A stretch of DNA of 63,827 nucleotides, filler included, from Octopus bimaculoides (taxonomy: Eukaryota): the NCBI RefSeq assembly GCF_001194135.2. It is 10 parts of 9 records of this genome, joined end to end, with 100 filler letters (N's around TTAATTAATTAA, not from the genome) between each part and the next. Parts side by side here need not be neighbours in the genome. Positions count along the whole stretch, not along the records: positions 13,187 to 38,828 come from NC_069001.1; positions 38,929 to 43,641 come from NW_026372369.1; positions 43,742 to 45,242 come from NC_068988.1; positions 45,343 to 51,993 come from NC_068992.1; 6 more parts are not named here. One strand, written 5' to 3'. Shown in pieces: positions 38,688 to 51,025 of the stretch. Positions within the stretch are counted from its first letter, which is position 1. Each line of letters opens with the position of its first letter. The translations under genes and the position numbers were made by a program. The notes beneath the pieces are model-generated. The model had not been told where the DNA came from and made no database searches. It was given only the letters and a program-made list of their open reading frames with translations.

Positions 38688-39547
38688 TGCCAGTACCACC
38701 TGACTGGCTTTCGTAGGATTTTCGAGCGAGATCGTTGCCAGTGCCCCTGGACTGGCTCTTCTGCAGGTGGCACATAAAATACACCATTTCGAGCGTGGCC
38801 ATTGCCAGTACCGCCTGACTGGCCTTCANNNNNNNNNNNNNNNNNNNNNNNNNNNNNNNNNNNNNNNNNNNNTTAATTAATTAANNNNNNNNNNNNNNNN
38901 NNNNNNNNNNNNNNNNNNNNNNNNNNNNTGTATATACTGACATACATACATGCACACACGCACGCACACTCAGAAATACACACACACAACCACACACACA
39001 CACACACATACACACACACACACACACACGCACACACACGACCCAAAAGTGCACTGGAATACACAACTCATTACTGCTGGGTTGGGCAAAGTAGTAGATA
39101 AGCTCCACGTTCTGCTCCTATGCTCAAAGCGTCTTGACATTAGCCTCCAGAGAGGCTAATGTGCAGAGGAGTCCATGCATCATAAAGCGAAAGAACACAG
39201 GAAACGTAATCAGTGTTAATGCTTTATATAATGTATACGTGTTTCATAAAGACAACCACAGTAGATAACATGAACCTAAAGGCCCACTTACGCAACAAAT
39301 GCAGCCAGCATACCGACGAAGTGTGCCGGATTTCTGAAACACGTGTATTCACATTCACACACAATACTTTTACAAGAGGAGTGATGTCACTACTTCTTGA
39401 ATAATAAATATGTACTCTACAACATCAGTATTTATATGTGTGCGCGTGTGTATGGTTATTATGTCACAAGTTGACATAATAAACATACTTAGGCTTGGTT
39501 TTTTCACAGTTATGACTATTTTTGAATACTCTTTCCTTTCTTTTTAC

Positions 39548-39751
39548 TTATTTACTTGTTTCAGTCATTTGACTGCGGCCATGCTGGAGCACCACCATTA
39601 GTCGAACAAATCCACCTCAGGACTTATTCTTTGTAGGCCTCGTACTTATTTTATCGGTCTCTTGTGTCGATCCGCTAAGTTACGGGGACGTAAACACACC
39701 AACATCGGTTGTCAAACGATGGTTGGGGAACAGACGCAGATACACAGATAC
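39548..39751 (-). mobile_element. SINE family B 3' half
   Basis: Matches 27170 and 43432. Confidence 0.85.
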
Positions 39752-39784
39752 CTGGCTAAGCATTTCGCCCGGCGTACTAACGTT

Positions 39785-40020
39785 TCTTATTTCTTTACTG
39801 TCCACAAGGGGTTACACACAGAGGGTACAAACAAGGACAGACAAACGGATTAAGTTGATTATATCGACCCCAGTGCGTAACTGGTACTGATTTAATCGAC
39901 CCCGAAAGGATGAAAGGCAAAGTCGACCTCGGCGGAATTTGAACTCAGAACGTAACGGCAGACGAAATACCGCGAAGCATTTCGCCCAGCGTGCTAACGT
40001 TTCTGCCAGCTCACCGCCTT
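39785..40020 (-). mobile_element. SINE family C, full length (tail variant 1)
   Basis: Roughly 90% identical by eye to the + copy at 42147-42379. Confidence 0.92.
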
Positions 40021-40939
40021 TAGAGAGAGGATGAAATTGGTCACAGATAGCTTTATCAGTGTATCCCCGACCTCACACTTGTAGTCAACCCTGTACTTAA
40101 TTTTGTCAAGCCTGGTACCCCTATTTTATCAATCTAAGTTGCAAGACACGAATACAAGCACAGATACGGATGTAAACACAATGTACGTTTTATCCCCGTC
40201 TTGCGGCTCTCAAATACCTGAACTTTATCAGATGTGGTTCTTACGTTAAGCAAGTTTAGCTACCCCTGTACTAGAACTTGTATCAACCTCCATACATCTT
40301 GCACCCAACTATATTTTAACATCCTTTCATTAGATAACTTTATTGTCATATTTAGAAGAACCATATTTGCTAGAACGTATGAACGAATAACGACATTGCG
40401 TTCGGATAATAATAATTATTAATAGACGAAAACATATTGCAATAATTCCAAAAGGAAATATAAAATGGTAAACTGTAATTCCAATTGTCTGCGATGTAAA
40501 TGATTATGACTGCACTAAAAAGAAGCGTCGCGCGGTGAAAAAGAATAAATCCATAAAATGAGTCAATGTATAAAATATCACCCGATGGAGTCAATAAAGT
40601 GTCACACGACGAGATGAATAGACGTATGTTAAAATGATAAACGACGTGGGAGGAGGAAAACGTCACATGATAGAATCCTGTTACATGATTGGATGAATAA
40701 AAATAGACAATTAATAAAAAATGTTTTGTGTCGAGACAACTGGTGTCTCAATATCCCGATGTTCTTTTTACTATTTTTTTAGATCATTTAGAACTCCGTT
40801 TCTAAAAAAAAATCTATCTTAAGTAACTTATAACTCACTGTAAATTCCATGTTATTGTTTTATTTCAATCCTCATCTACATATCCTTTTCATTACAGTTG
40901 ATCTGACGTTTTTATAATCCCTTCGTCATCCAGTTATTG

Positions 40940-41240
40940 TTGTTGTTGGCACTCTGTCGCTTACGACGTCGAGGGTTCCAGTTGATCCGATCAACGGAAC
41001 AGCCTGCTCGTGAAATTAACGTGCAAGTGGCTGAGCACTCCACAGACACGTGTACCCTTAACGTAGTTCTCGGGGAGGTTCAGCGTGACACAGTGTGTGA
41101 CAAAGCTGACTCTTTGAATTACAGGCACAACAGAAACAGGAAGTAAGAGTGAGAGAAAGTTGTGGTGAAAGAGTACTGCAGGGTTCGCCACCACCCCCTG
41201 CCGGAGCCTCGTGGAGCTTTTTAGGTGCTTTCGCTCAATA
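40940..41240 (-). mobile_element. Interspersed repeat family A
   Basis: Reverse complement of 5075-5375; (AAC)n-like tail at ~40935-40948. Confidence 0.8.
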
Positions 41241-42146
41241 NNNNNNNNNNNNNNNNNNNNNNNNNNNNNNNNNNNNNNNNNNNNNNNNNNNNNNNNNNNN
41301 NNNNNNNNNNNNNNNNNNNNNNNNNNNNNNNNNNNNNNNNNNNNNNNNNNNNNNNNNNNNNNNNNNNNNNNNNNNNNNNNNNNNNNNNNNNNNNNNNNNN
41401 NNNNNNNNNNNNNNNNNNNNNNNNNNNNNNNNNNNNNNNNNNNNNNNNNNNNNNNNNNNNNNNNNNNNNNNNNNNNNNNNNNNNNNNNNNNNNNNNNNNN
41501 NNNNNNNNNNNNNNNNNNNNNNNNNNNNNNNNNNNNNNNNNNNNNNNNNNNNNNNNNNNNNNNNNNNNNNNNNNNNNNNNNNNNNNNNNNNNNNNNNNNN
41601 NNNNNNNNNNNNNNNNNNNNNNNNNNNNNNNNNNNNNNNNNNNNNNNNNNNNNNNNNNNNNNNNNNNNNNNNNNNNNNNNNNNNNNNNNNNNNNNNNNNN
41701 NNNNNNNNNNNNNNNNNNNNNNNNNNNNNNNNNNNNNNNNNNNNNNNNNNNNNNNNNNNNNNNNNNNNNNNNNNNNNNNNNNNNNNNNNNNNNNNNNNNN
41801 NNNNNNNNNNNNNNNNNNNNNNNNNNNNNNNNNNNNNNNNNNNNNNNNNNNNNNNNNNNNNNNNNNNNNNNNNNNNNNNNNNNNNNNNNNNNNNNNNNNN
41901 NNNNNNNNNNNNNNNNNNNNNNNNNNNNNNNNNNNNNNNNNNNNNNNNNNNNNNNNNNNNNNNNNNNNNNNNNNNNNNNNNNNNNNNNNNNNNNNNNNNN
42001 NNNNNNNNNNNNNNNNNNNNNNNNNNNNNNNNNNNNNNNNNNNNNNNNNNNNNNNNNNNNNNNNNNNNNNNNNNNNNNNNNNNNNNNNNNNNNNNNNNNN
42101 NNTCACATCAGTGCTGATATTTAAGGCCACTAAGATAGCTGAAAAA

Positions 42147-42379
42147 GAAGGCTGTGAGCTGGCAGAATCGTTAGCAACGCCGGGCGAAATGCTTAGCGGT
42201 ATTTCGTCTGCCGTTACGTTCTGAGTTCGAATTCCGCCGGGGTCGACTTTGCCTTTCATCCTTTCGGGGTCGATAAATTAAGTACCAGTTACGCACTGGG
42301 GTCGATGTAATCGACTTAATCCGTTTGTCTGTCCTTGTTTGTCCCCTCTATGTTTAGCCCCTTGTGGGCAATAAAAAAA
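42147..42379 (+). mobile_element. SINE family C, full length, 16-bp TSD
   Basis: TAAGATAGCTGAAAAA at 42131-46 and 42380-95; core GTCGACTTTGCCTTTCATCCTTTCGGGGTCGATAAATTAAGTACCAG resembles the Deu/Nin SINE domain as recalled. Confidence 0.93.
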
Positions 42380-43431
42380 TAAGATAGCTGAAAAACTGGA
42401 ACACTGCTTTCGCATGTGTGTCTATATGCAGTTCCACATTGCTGCTCACAGATTGATGAATTATTTCGGAGAACTACGTAGTCCTTAAGTATTTTCTGCT
42501 CTCAAAAAATAATATCTGGAACCATTCTTATATTCGTATTATTTGAATTCTACAGTTTCCATATTTGTTTTAATCCAGGCTCAGTGTTGAACAATATCTC
42601 ATTACGAATATTGACACTGACGTTTATACCAAATTTATCTCTCCATCATTTCAACGCCAAACGATTCCCCATTCCTTATAGAACACATTCTACAACTATA
42701 TTGGAATTTATCATCACTTCATTCTTTATTGCGACTTAATCTAGTTTAACGTAATCATCTTTATTCCATTATCTTCATTTTTTCCCCCCATAGAATTTCC
42801 ATAACACAACCTCGTTGTTACCTTTTAAATCATAACCCGAAAAACATTTAAATTAACTTGGTTGTAAACAACCCCATCTTCTTTCAGCAATTTCTTAACT
42901 CCAGTAATTTAAAAATATTTCAAAAATATTAATATTCTACGAATTATATTTTACATTTCTTCCTGTTCCTCAGTTTATCTCGGATTATTTACAGAATTTA
43001 AACGCTTTCTCTTTTCTTCCAGCACTTTATTTAATAACATATTATTCAAACAGTTTTCTTTAAGTTATTGCTTTATACGAACTACCTCACGTTGACGAAA
43101 GTTTAGTACGTGGGCGACGCCATATTACGAAACCTATATTCATATTCAATCAAATATACGTCTTTTAATGAGGATTAAAATCAATCACGTTTTTTACAAC
43201 TTTTGAAAAGTTATTCCCTAATTACAGCTCTAGAAACTTCGACCATATAATATCTCGCATTTCACTCCCACTTTCATCTTATTCTACACCCCCACCTTCG
43301 CTTCAGTTTTCTTTTCATCTCTACAGTTCATTAGACTTACCAGCTTCCGAAACGTATATTTCCTAAAATCTAATTTATTCCGACGAACTGAAAGTACAAA
43401 CTATAATCAATGTAAAATTTATTTAATACTC

Positions 43432-43661
43432 TTTTACTCTTTTACCTGTTTCAGTCATTTGACTGTGGCCATGCTGGAGCACCGCCTTTAGTCGAGCAAA
43501 TCGACCCCAGGACTTATTCTTTGTAAGCCTAGTACTTATTCTATTGGTCTTTATTGACGAACCGCTAAGTTACGGGGACCTAAACACACCAACATCGGTT
43601 GTCCAGCGATGTTGGTAGGACAAACACAGACACAGAAACATNNNNNNNNNNNNNNNNNNNN
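43432..43661 (-). mobile_element. SINE family B 3' half
   Basis: Matches the other B copies; ends at a gap. Confidence 0.88.
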
Positions 43662-44044
43662 NNNNNNNNNNNNNNNNNNNNNNNNTTAATTAATTAANNN
43701 NNNNNNNNNNNNNNNNNNNNNNNNNNNNNNNNNNNNNNNNNGCTGTTAGGCCAGATGAGAAAAATATATATATACTATACACACATATATACATGTCATT
43801 ATCATCATTGTCAACATCATCGTCCTTTAATGTCCACACATACAACACACATACATGCAGAAGTACAACACACACATGCACATGTATACACACACACACA
43901 CGCACACACACACACACACACACCTAACTATAAAGTGTGAATGCGTGAATAGAAGGAAAGTTGTACATGACAGTAAAAACAATGGATGTATCTACAAATT
44001 TGTTATTCTGCATGTTCTTCCTTTTTTCACAGAGATCATCGTCG

Positions 44045-44084
<40 letters not shown>

Positions 44085-45342
44085 TTATTATCCTCCTTCC
44101 ATGCAGATATGAGTTGAATGACTTGACAAGAGCTGGCAAACCTGCAGATTTCATGAAGCTTTTCTGTCTGCTTTCTACAGCTGAAACTCTTGGTTTCTAC
44201 AGCTGAATACTCTTCTTAACACTAGCCACTTTATAAAGTGTACTGGGTATTTTTTGAGTGGCCCCAACACCAGTGAGAACACGGAGACCCTTCAACTATG
44301 AGGGTGAGTGGTATTGAGGGAGGTGGCTTTGTGCCAGTTGATGAGAAGCTCTTCTCTTCTTCTTAGCTCCCTAGCTGGCAACCCGAGGAGGAAGCTGCCC
44401 TCTCAGCCAATACATTGTTGTGAGTGCTGTTTGATGACAAACTCTGGTGATGATATTCCATGCCTCCTGATCCATGGCACTGGCCATAGCATACTTGACG
44501 TCAAGGCACTACGACTTCAGGTCTTTCTCAGTTTGTTTTGCCTATTTTTTCTTTGGTGCATTGATTTGTATTCATGATGGAAAGTTAAAGTATGGCCGAC
44601 GGACAGAAACAGGTGTTTTGCTGGAGAGACAATACATGGCTACCCCAGTTGGTAAGGTGAGAAAAGAGAAGAGAGGGAGAAAAGAGAGAGAGAGGAGGGA
44701 GAAAAGAGAGAAAGAGAGAAAATGGTGGCAAGGATGTGTTGAGGTATCCCCTCAAGTTACAAGGAGTTGAATATAAGTGAAGTGGTACAGAGGATAGGAC
44801 AGGGCAGGAAGGCGGATAAGTCCATGAAAGGAGAGTGGGTGATAGAGGGGAGAGGAATTTAGTGTGAGGTGAACACAGCCGGATGGTGGTGCAGAATTAG
44901 GAAGATGAGTTATTGGAGAGAGATTCATCTGGGATACATATTGTGTGCAGGTGCAGCTGCTATTTCTGATAGGTAGTGTGATTGCATAGTGACTCACACT
45001 TCGGTGGGAGTGCTAAATGTGTGTGCATTTGATTGAGTATGCATGTCTAGGATGACTAACATACTAATGAATATGTGTCATTATATGCATGCACTTCGGT
45101 ATAGGTACATGCATATATACAAACACGCACATGCATTTATTATGTTTGTCTGTGGTGGGAGTGCCTTTACAATATCAATACAATATATCGGTCACAAAGC
45201 GTATGTGCATGCATACATATATATATATACATATATATATATNNNNNNNNNNNNNNNNNNNNNNNNNNNNNNNNNNNNNNNNNNNNTTAATTAATTAANN
45301 NNNNNNNNNNNNNNNNNNNNNNNNNNNNNNNNNNNNNNNNNN

Positions 45343-45660
45343 TAAACAAACTTGTCTACTACTTTCAGAATTGTTCCTTAAACCAAGATAGCTGGTTCCA
45401 CATATGGATTTTCTGGTGCAGGCTGGAACATTATAACAGTCTTGTCCAGGCTAATGCTGAATGAGTGACTAAGTTACAGTTATCTGCATAAAGGTCACGA
45501 ATAATAGACTGGAGAACCTTTGAATTGGCAGCAAATCGGCGAAGATTAAAGAGGTGGCCAGAAGATCGATATCTGACATATATTCCCAGGGAGCTAACTT
45601 TATCAAAAGCATGAGTAAAAGCAACAGCAAAGTACAAAGAAATGATTTGGTGGGAATTAC
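45343..45660 (-). mobile_element. RTE-clade LINE reverse transcriptase fragment (decayed)
   Basis: GIYVRYRSSGHLFNLRRFAANSKVLQSIIRDLYADNCNLVTHS and downstream LKVVDKFV match the RTE RT region around YADD. Confidence 0.8.
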
Positions 45661-46944
45661 ATCACACAGTCCCTTCATGAACTTATTAGTGCAGTCTGGA
45701 ATGCACATTAGGGCTCTTGAATGAATTTTAATTTTCAAATAGCGCCACAAATTTTCAATGGAGTTCAAGTCAGGTGACTGGCTTGGCTATTCTAATAATT
45801 TTATATTGTGATTGACAATCCATTTTTGGTAAACTTCGCCGTGTGCTTAGGGTCGTTATCCTGTTGTAAAACCCACCATTCACAAAGCTGGAGCTTTTCT
45901 ACAGAGTCCCATAAATTATTGTTAAAAATATTTTGGTACATCTCTGCATTCATTCTATCACATGTAATTTGCCAGTGCCATTTGCAGAGAAACACCCCTA
46001 CACAATGATGTTGCCACCTCCAAACTTTACAGTAGGAATTGTGTTTTTCGGCGAATAGGTGGTAACATCTTTCCTCCAAACATGGCTACGCGAATTTCGT
46101 CCAAACAATTCAATTTTCGACTCGTCTGTCCAAAGAACATTTTCCCAGAATGTATCAGATTTATCTTTATGTTCATAAACAAATTTTAAATGAGCATCTC
46201 TATGCCTTTTAGTCAACAGTGGAGTTTTTCTAGGAGAGCATGACTTCATTTTATTCCTATGAAGTTCATTGCTGATTGTTCATAGTGTAACACTAGTCCC
46301 TGAAGCTAACAAATCTTCTTGCAACTCCTTTCTGATGATCATTGCGTTTTTTCGATTCTTCATTTCATTTTTCTTAAAGATCTAGGGGAAATCTTGCGTG
46401 GTGCCCCGGATCTTATTCTGTTTTCAACAGTTCCCGATTTTTTATACCTTTGAATAAATGAAGATATGGTAGAAAATGGAATACAAAGGGTCTCTGATAT
46501 TTTCCTGTAACTTTTACCTGCTTTCCCCTGTTCAATAATTAAGTTTTTCATTGAATTTGTGAGTTCTTTATTTTTCGCCATTATTAAGACACTACTTTAT
46601 GTTGACTCAATGCTGAATGAAGAAGATAGCGTTTTGGCAGTTAAAAATGACCACTGAGAAGATTATTGGAACAAACGAGAAAATTCTAGTAAAAAAAATA
46701 TTTTAACAGTATATTGTGGCATAGAAACTCAAATTTATTCTGTACGGATACTTTTTTCACCCCTAAATATTTATAATTGTGTATAAATTCATTAGTTACT
46801 ATATAATTTATTAGTTTCTTTTGCATGTTCTTAGTTTATGCATGTGTATGCAAATATAGTATTGGTATATCCCATTTATGTTCATTAGAAATTAAATAAA
46901 TAAAGAATTTTGACATGTACAAATATTTATTTCCCCCCTATGTA
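45660..46944 (-). mobile_element. Tc1-family DNA transposon, 3'-truncated, IR/DR-type left end
   Basis: Transposase relic plus terminal TA-CATAGGGGGGAAATAAATATTTGTACA at 46944-46916 and an inner repeat at 46765-46741; right TIR absent. Confidence 0.88.
45690..46581 (-). pseudogene. Tc1 DD34E transposase pseudogene
   Basis: MAKNKEL...SGAPRK (paired-like HTH), WTDESK, QQDNDPKH and SPDLNSIENLW motifs across several frames, with stops and frameshifts. Confidence 0.93.
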
Positions 46945-49250
46945 TATGTATGTGCTTTTGTTTGTGTTTGTATGGATGTATATAATTGTGTGTAAGTGTA
47001 TTTCTATTTTAGCGAGATATAAATTGTGAGGCAATTAAAACGTGAGGATGCAGTAGTAATCGAAACCATGTTTTCATATATGGCGCATAACTGACAAGTG
47101 TTTGGACAGATAGCTGATCTACCCTGTACTCTTTCCCGATCTCATCGAGGTGATATTAATACTAACAGAAATATTAAAAAGCATGTGAAGAAAAAGTGCA
47201 TTAATGATTCCGTTTAAAATAATCGTTAATAATGGATAAACAACTCCATTTTTCGCTGGACTTACTGGTTAAATGGGAGAAAAATTTTGCATTTCATATC
47301 TCTAGAGAGTTTTGAGAATTTCAACGATTTCATATCTAGCATCGCATTAACCAGTTTACTGCCATAGCTCAATTCAATGAGGCATTCTATCTGTTACATG
47401 GCTTGGATTATGTCAATACATGCACAGAAATTATGCTTACCATAATACAATATTCACGAAGAGTTTTTTTGCATAGTGCTTTACTAATACCCATCGTACA
47501 ACGAAACAAATTCTTTGACCGACAAATAGTATTGCATTTTGTTTTTGCCTTTCTCCGAAATGTTATAAAAGCACTGAGATAACTTTAGAAGATTTACACA
47601 TGTGAGTGCTCTTCTGTTTAAGAAAACACCAGATAAGGATTATGAAACTATGTTTACTTTTGAATTGTTAAAATGCTAGATTTAGAGGAATGGGAAGTTA
47701 GGGATATATGCGGTGTTTAAATGCGTTGCAGAATGGGTTTACAAATACTTCTATATGACACAGCTGCACTCACTATAATGAATGAGTAATAATATTTATA
47801 TACAGTCATAAAATTAATCTGGAACGGTTGGACAGTAATACTGAGAAAACCTAATAGATTAATGTTCAATATGTTTCAAAGAAGGTGGAATAATGTAATT
47901 CATTTTCGAAGCAAAGGAGCAGAAGCAACTGAATAACATGTAAGATATTTGAAGAGAGCTAAACTATCAAAGATCAGGAGAAAAGTAACGTGAATAGACC
48001 AGAAGATAAAAGAATGTCTTCAATTCATTCCTCCAGAACTAGAGAACTGGAACCAATTTTTATTAATACAATATCCCAGAATTGACGTTGTATTTCTTTT
48101 AGCTTACTAAAATGAAAACACTCCAACCCCGGAGATGAGACACACTCACAGAGACACTGAGAGGCACATGCAAACATTCTTGCAAACATGTGTATACAAG
48201 TGTATAAGTGGTGTGTTTACTGCATGTTTCTACTTCATTCTTTTATTCATTTACAACAATCGATAGGTTGTGGCTATTCTAAAACACGCGCACAAGTGTT
48301 TAGTCTGTCACATGGGCCCCAGTACTTTCCTTAGTTTGGCAGAATATTTATCTAAGCCATTTGCTAGACTGCTAGGTTATGGTTTATGGCACATTATCGG
48401 TCACAACATAAACAACACACACAAGCATAAGTGTATGTGTATTTGTATGTATATACACACACACACAAACGTATATTAATTTTAACAAGGAAAATATTTA
48501 AGGTTATTTCGAAGTTTTAGAATGGTCATCGGTATGTGATTTATTATGGTTATTTCAGGTTTATATGGTCTTTGATAGGTTGATGTTTTGGTGTGTGAAG
48601 TGTGTGGCAGAATTAGTGCAGGTGGTGTATGTAGGTAAGGAAAGTGGTTGCATAGGAATGTGAGAACTAGAAGTATATGTTTGTAGGGTGTGGATTGATA
48701 GAAAAGTATGACGAAGAGAGTTATTTTGGTTTGAGATGGGAATTTTGTTATCGTTCAGGTTCAGTCATGTACGGAAGTAATGAAGAAAACAAATTTGCCA
48801 TATTTAAGTTACGATATCCTTTGTATATAAAGTCAGTTCTTGAGCTACTTCAGTGTTTACAAAATATTGTTTAAAGTTAGTGACATGGATTAGGTTAAAC
48901 AGAGTTTGTATTTATTGTTGCCATTAGCTTTCTATTAAGAAACTTAAAATAGGTAGTTTTATCAGGTTCGGAATCAAAGCGATGTTACTCTAAATAAATA
49001 TTAGGGTTCTCTTATCGTTTTCTAGCATAACTCTTTATATTCATATTACACAAGTGTAGACAAATGCATGCATCTAACTGCAATGTTACTAACACTCTTT
49101 GTTAAATCTATAAAGATGATGCGTTTTTCTACAGATTATACATACATACAAACATACATACATACATACATACATACATACATACATGCATGCATGCATA
49201 CATACATACATACATACATACATACATACATACATACATACATACATACA

Positions 49251-50843
49251 TGAGGAATCCTACAGATACCTGAGAGTAGATGAAAACGTATCATACGAAG
49301 GTACTTGTAACAAGGAACGTGTTACTAAGGAATACAGAAATCGGGTTAGGAAAATATGGATCTCGGAACTCTGTGTTCAATAAAGCAATAGCCGACAATG
49401 TGTTTGCAGTATCAGAACTCGTACCGACGTTCGGGATACTTGACTGGACGATCGATGAAATCCGAGCCCTCGATGTGAAGACCCGGAAAATACTAAGGAG
49501 CACGAACAACTTTCACATCAATAGCGATGTAGACCGCCTATACCTAAGACGAAATAAAGGAGGGAGGGGCCTAACATCAATTCAGACTGCCTTTGAATGC
49601 CGTGTCATATCTCTTCGACATCATCTCATAACCACCAAGTGTCGAAGTGCACCCCTTGATGAAGTCTGCAGACATGTGGTAAATACCATCATGAGATTGG
49701 GAAAGCAACTACTTGACAAGCATTCCTTATTCGACAACCCTGAGCTCTTACCCAAAGAAATTGCAAGACTCTACCGTAACATAACACCAGAGGAGAGGAT
49801 GAATGCATTCCAGCAGAAGACCATGCATGGATACGTTAACAGAAAGCTCCAGGATGATAACAACATTGACAACCAGAGCAGTCTATCGTGGAAAAACAAT
49901 CGGGTCACCAACTCTCACTTTGAAGGGTATGCCTTTGCTATTCAAGAACAAGAAATAGCAACCAAATCCCTAATAAACAAACGGGACAGAGAGGCGGGCA
50001 AAGCGCTACAGTGTAATAATCGATGCAGACTCTGTGGAATCAGTATCGAAGATATCACCCACATCATCAGCAGCTGTCCAAAAATGTCATCACGGTATTA
50101 CCTACCTATGAGACATGATGTTGTGGCCAAGACACTGTACAATGAAATCCGCCGACAGGATAACCCCGGGGCTAAGGAGATGAAAACCCATAATGAGGTA
50201 GAGGCCATTACCACTCACAATATGAAAGAGTATTAGTGGAATGTCCCAATAAAAACCTCAATAAAATGCAGACATAATAGACCGGATATAGTAATCTGGG
50301 ACAGAGAAGAGAAACTGTGTACAGTAGTAGACATCAGTTGTCCTGCGGATGTCAACATCACGCTAAAGATTAGAGAAAATGAGAACAACTACGCCGAGCT
50401 ACTGAGAAATTTGCAGATACTCCACCCAGACTACAAGTTCAGATTCATACCCGTGATTGTTGGAGCATTGGGATATGTAACGAACTGCCTCAACAAAAAC
50501 CTGGAAAAATTAGGATTCTCAAAACCTGAAAGAAAAAAGCTGATTAGAAGACTACATATTCAAGCCATCAATGGAACTGTGAAGATATGTAAAACTTTCC
50601 AGAAATTTAGCACATAAATACATATGCATGCATCTAGACATGAAAATATATACATAAAAACGCATCCATAAAACAAACATACAAATCTGCGCATACACTA
50701 ACACCAAATACTGCACACACACACACATATGCACAAATACCTAGATGATGTTGATAAAGGTTCCAATGAAGGAGCTTTGAATCTATGTTAGAGTCCGGCT
50801 CTTTCTTTATGGACAAGAAATACAGAAATGAAACTGATTGATA
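49251..50843 (+). mobile_element. 5'-truncated R4/Dong-clade non-LTR retrotransposon (REL) flanked by (CATA)n
   Basis: Starts at RT domain 7 (ESYRYL), then KTRK...DVDRLY...GGRGL, CCHC CRLCGISIEDITHIISSC, RHD, HNRPD..D, VIVGALG; frameshift ~49375, premature TAG 50234-36, stop 50615-17; CATA arrays at 49139-49251 and from 50844. Confidence 0.92.
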
Positions 50844-51025
50844 ACATACATGCATACATACATACATACATGCATACATACATACATGCATACATACATA
50901 CATGCATACATACATNNNNNNNNNNNNNNNNNNNNNNNNNNNNNNNNNNNNNNNNNNNNNNNNNNNNNNNNNNNNNNNNNNNNNNNNNNNNNNNNNNNNN
51001 NNNNNNNNNNNNNNNNNNNNNNNNN

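Noticed and set aside
39040-39200. Ankyrin-like WTPLHI on the minus strand
   Set aside because: An in-frame stop follows within five codons and no convincing splice context was found.
43085-43140. Further hammerhead-like strings (TTGACGA...CGAAAC here, GTGAGGA...CGAAAC at ~47045)
   Set aside because: Core mismatches and unconvincing stems I and III.
42400-43420. Possible decayed RT (GMGNRLA on minus strand); also the A/C-skewed region 48490-48990 as a Penelope relic
   Set aside because: One short motif amid many stops, no YxDD found; not supportable without a profile search.
44100-44660. Unique-looking GC-moderate block as exon or LINE end
   Set aside because: All frames are interrupted and no recognisable domain is present.
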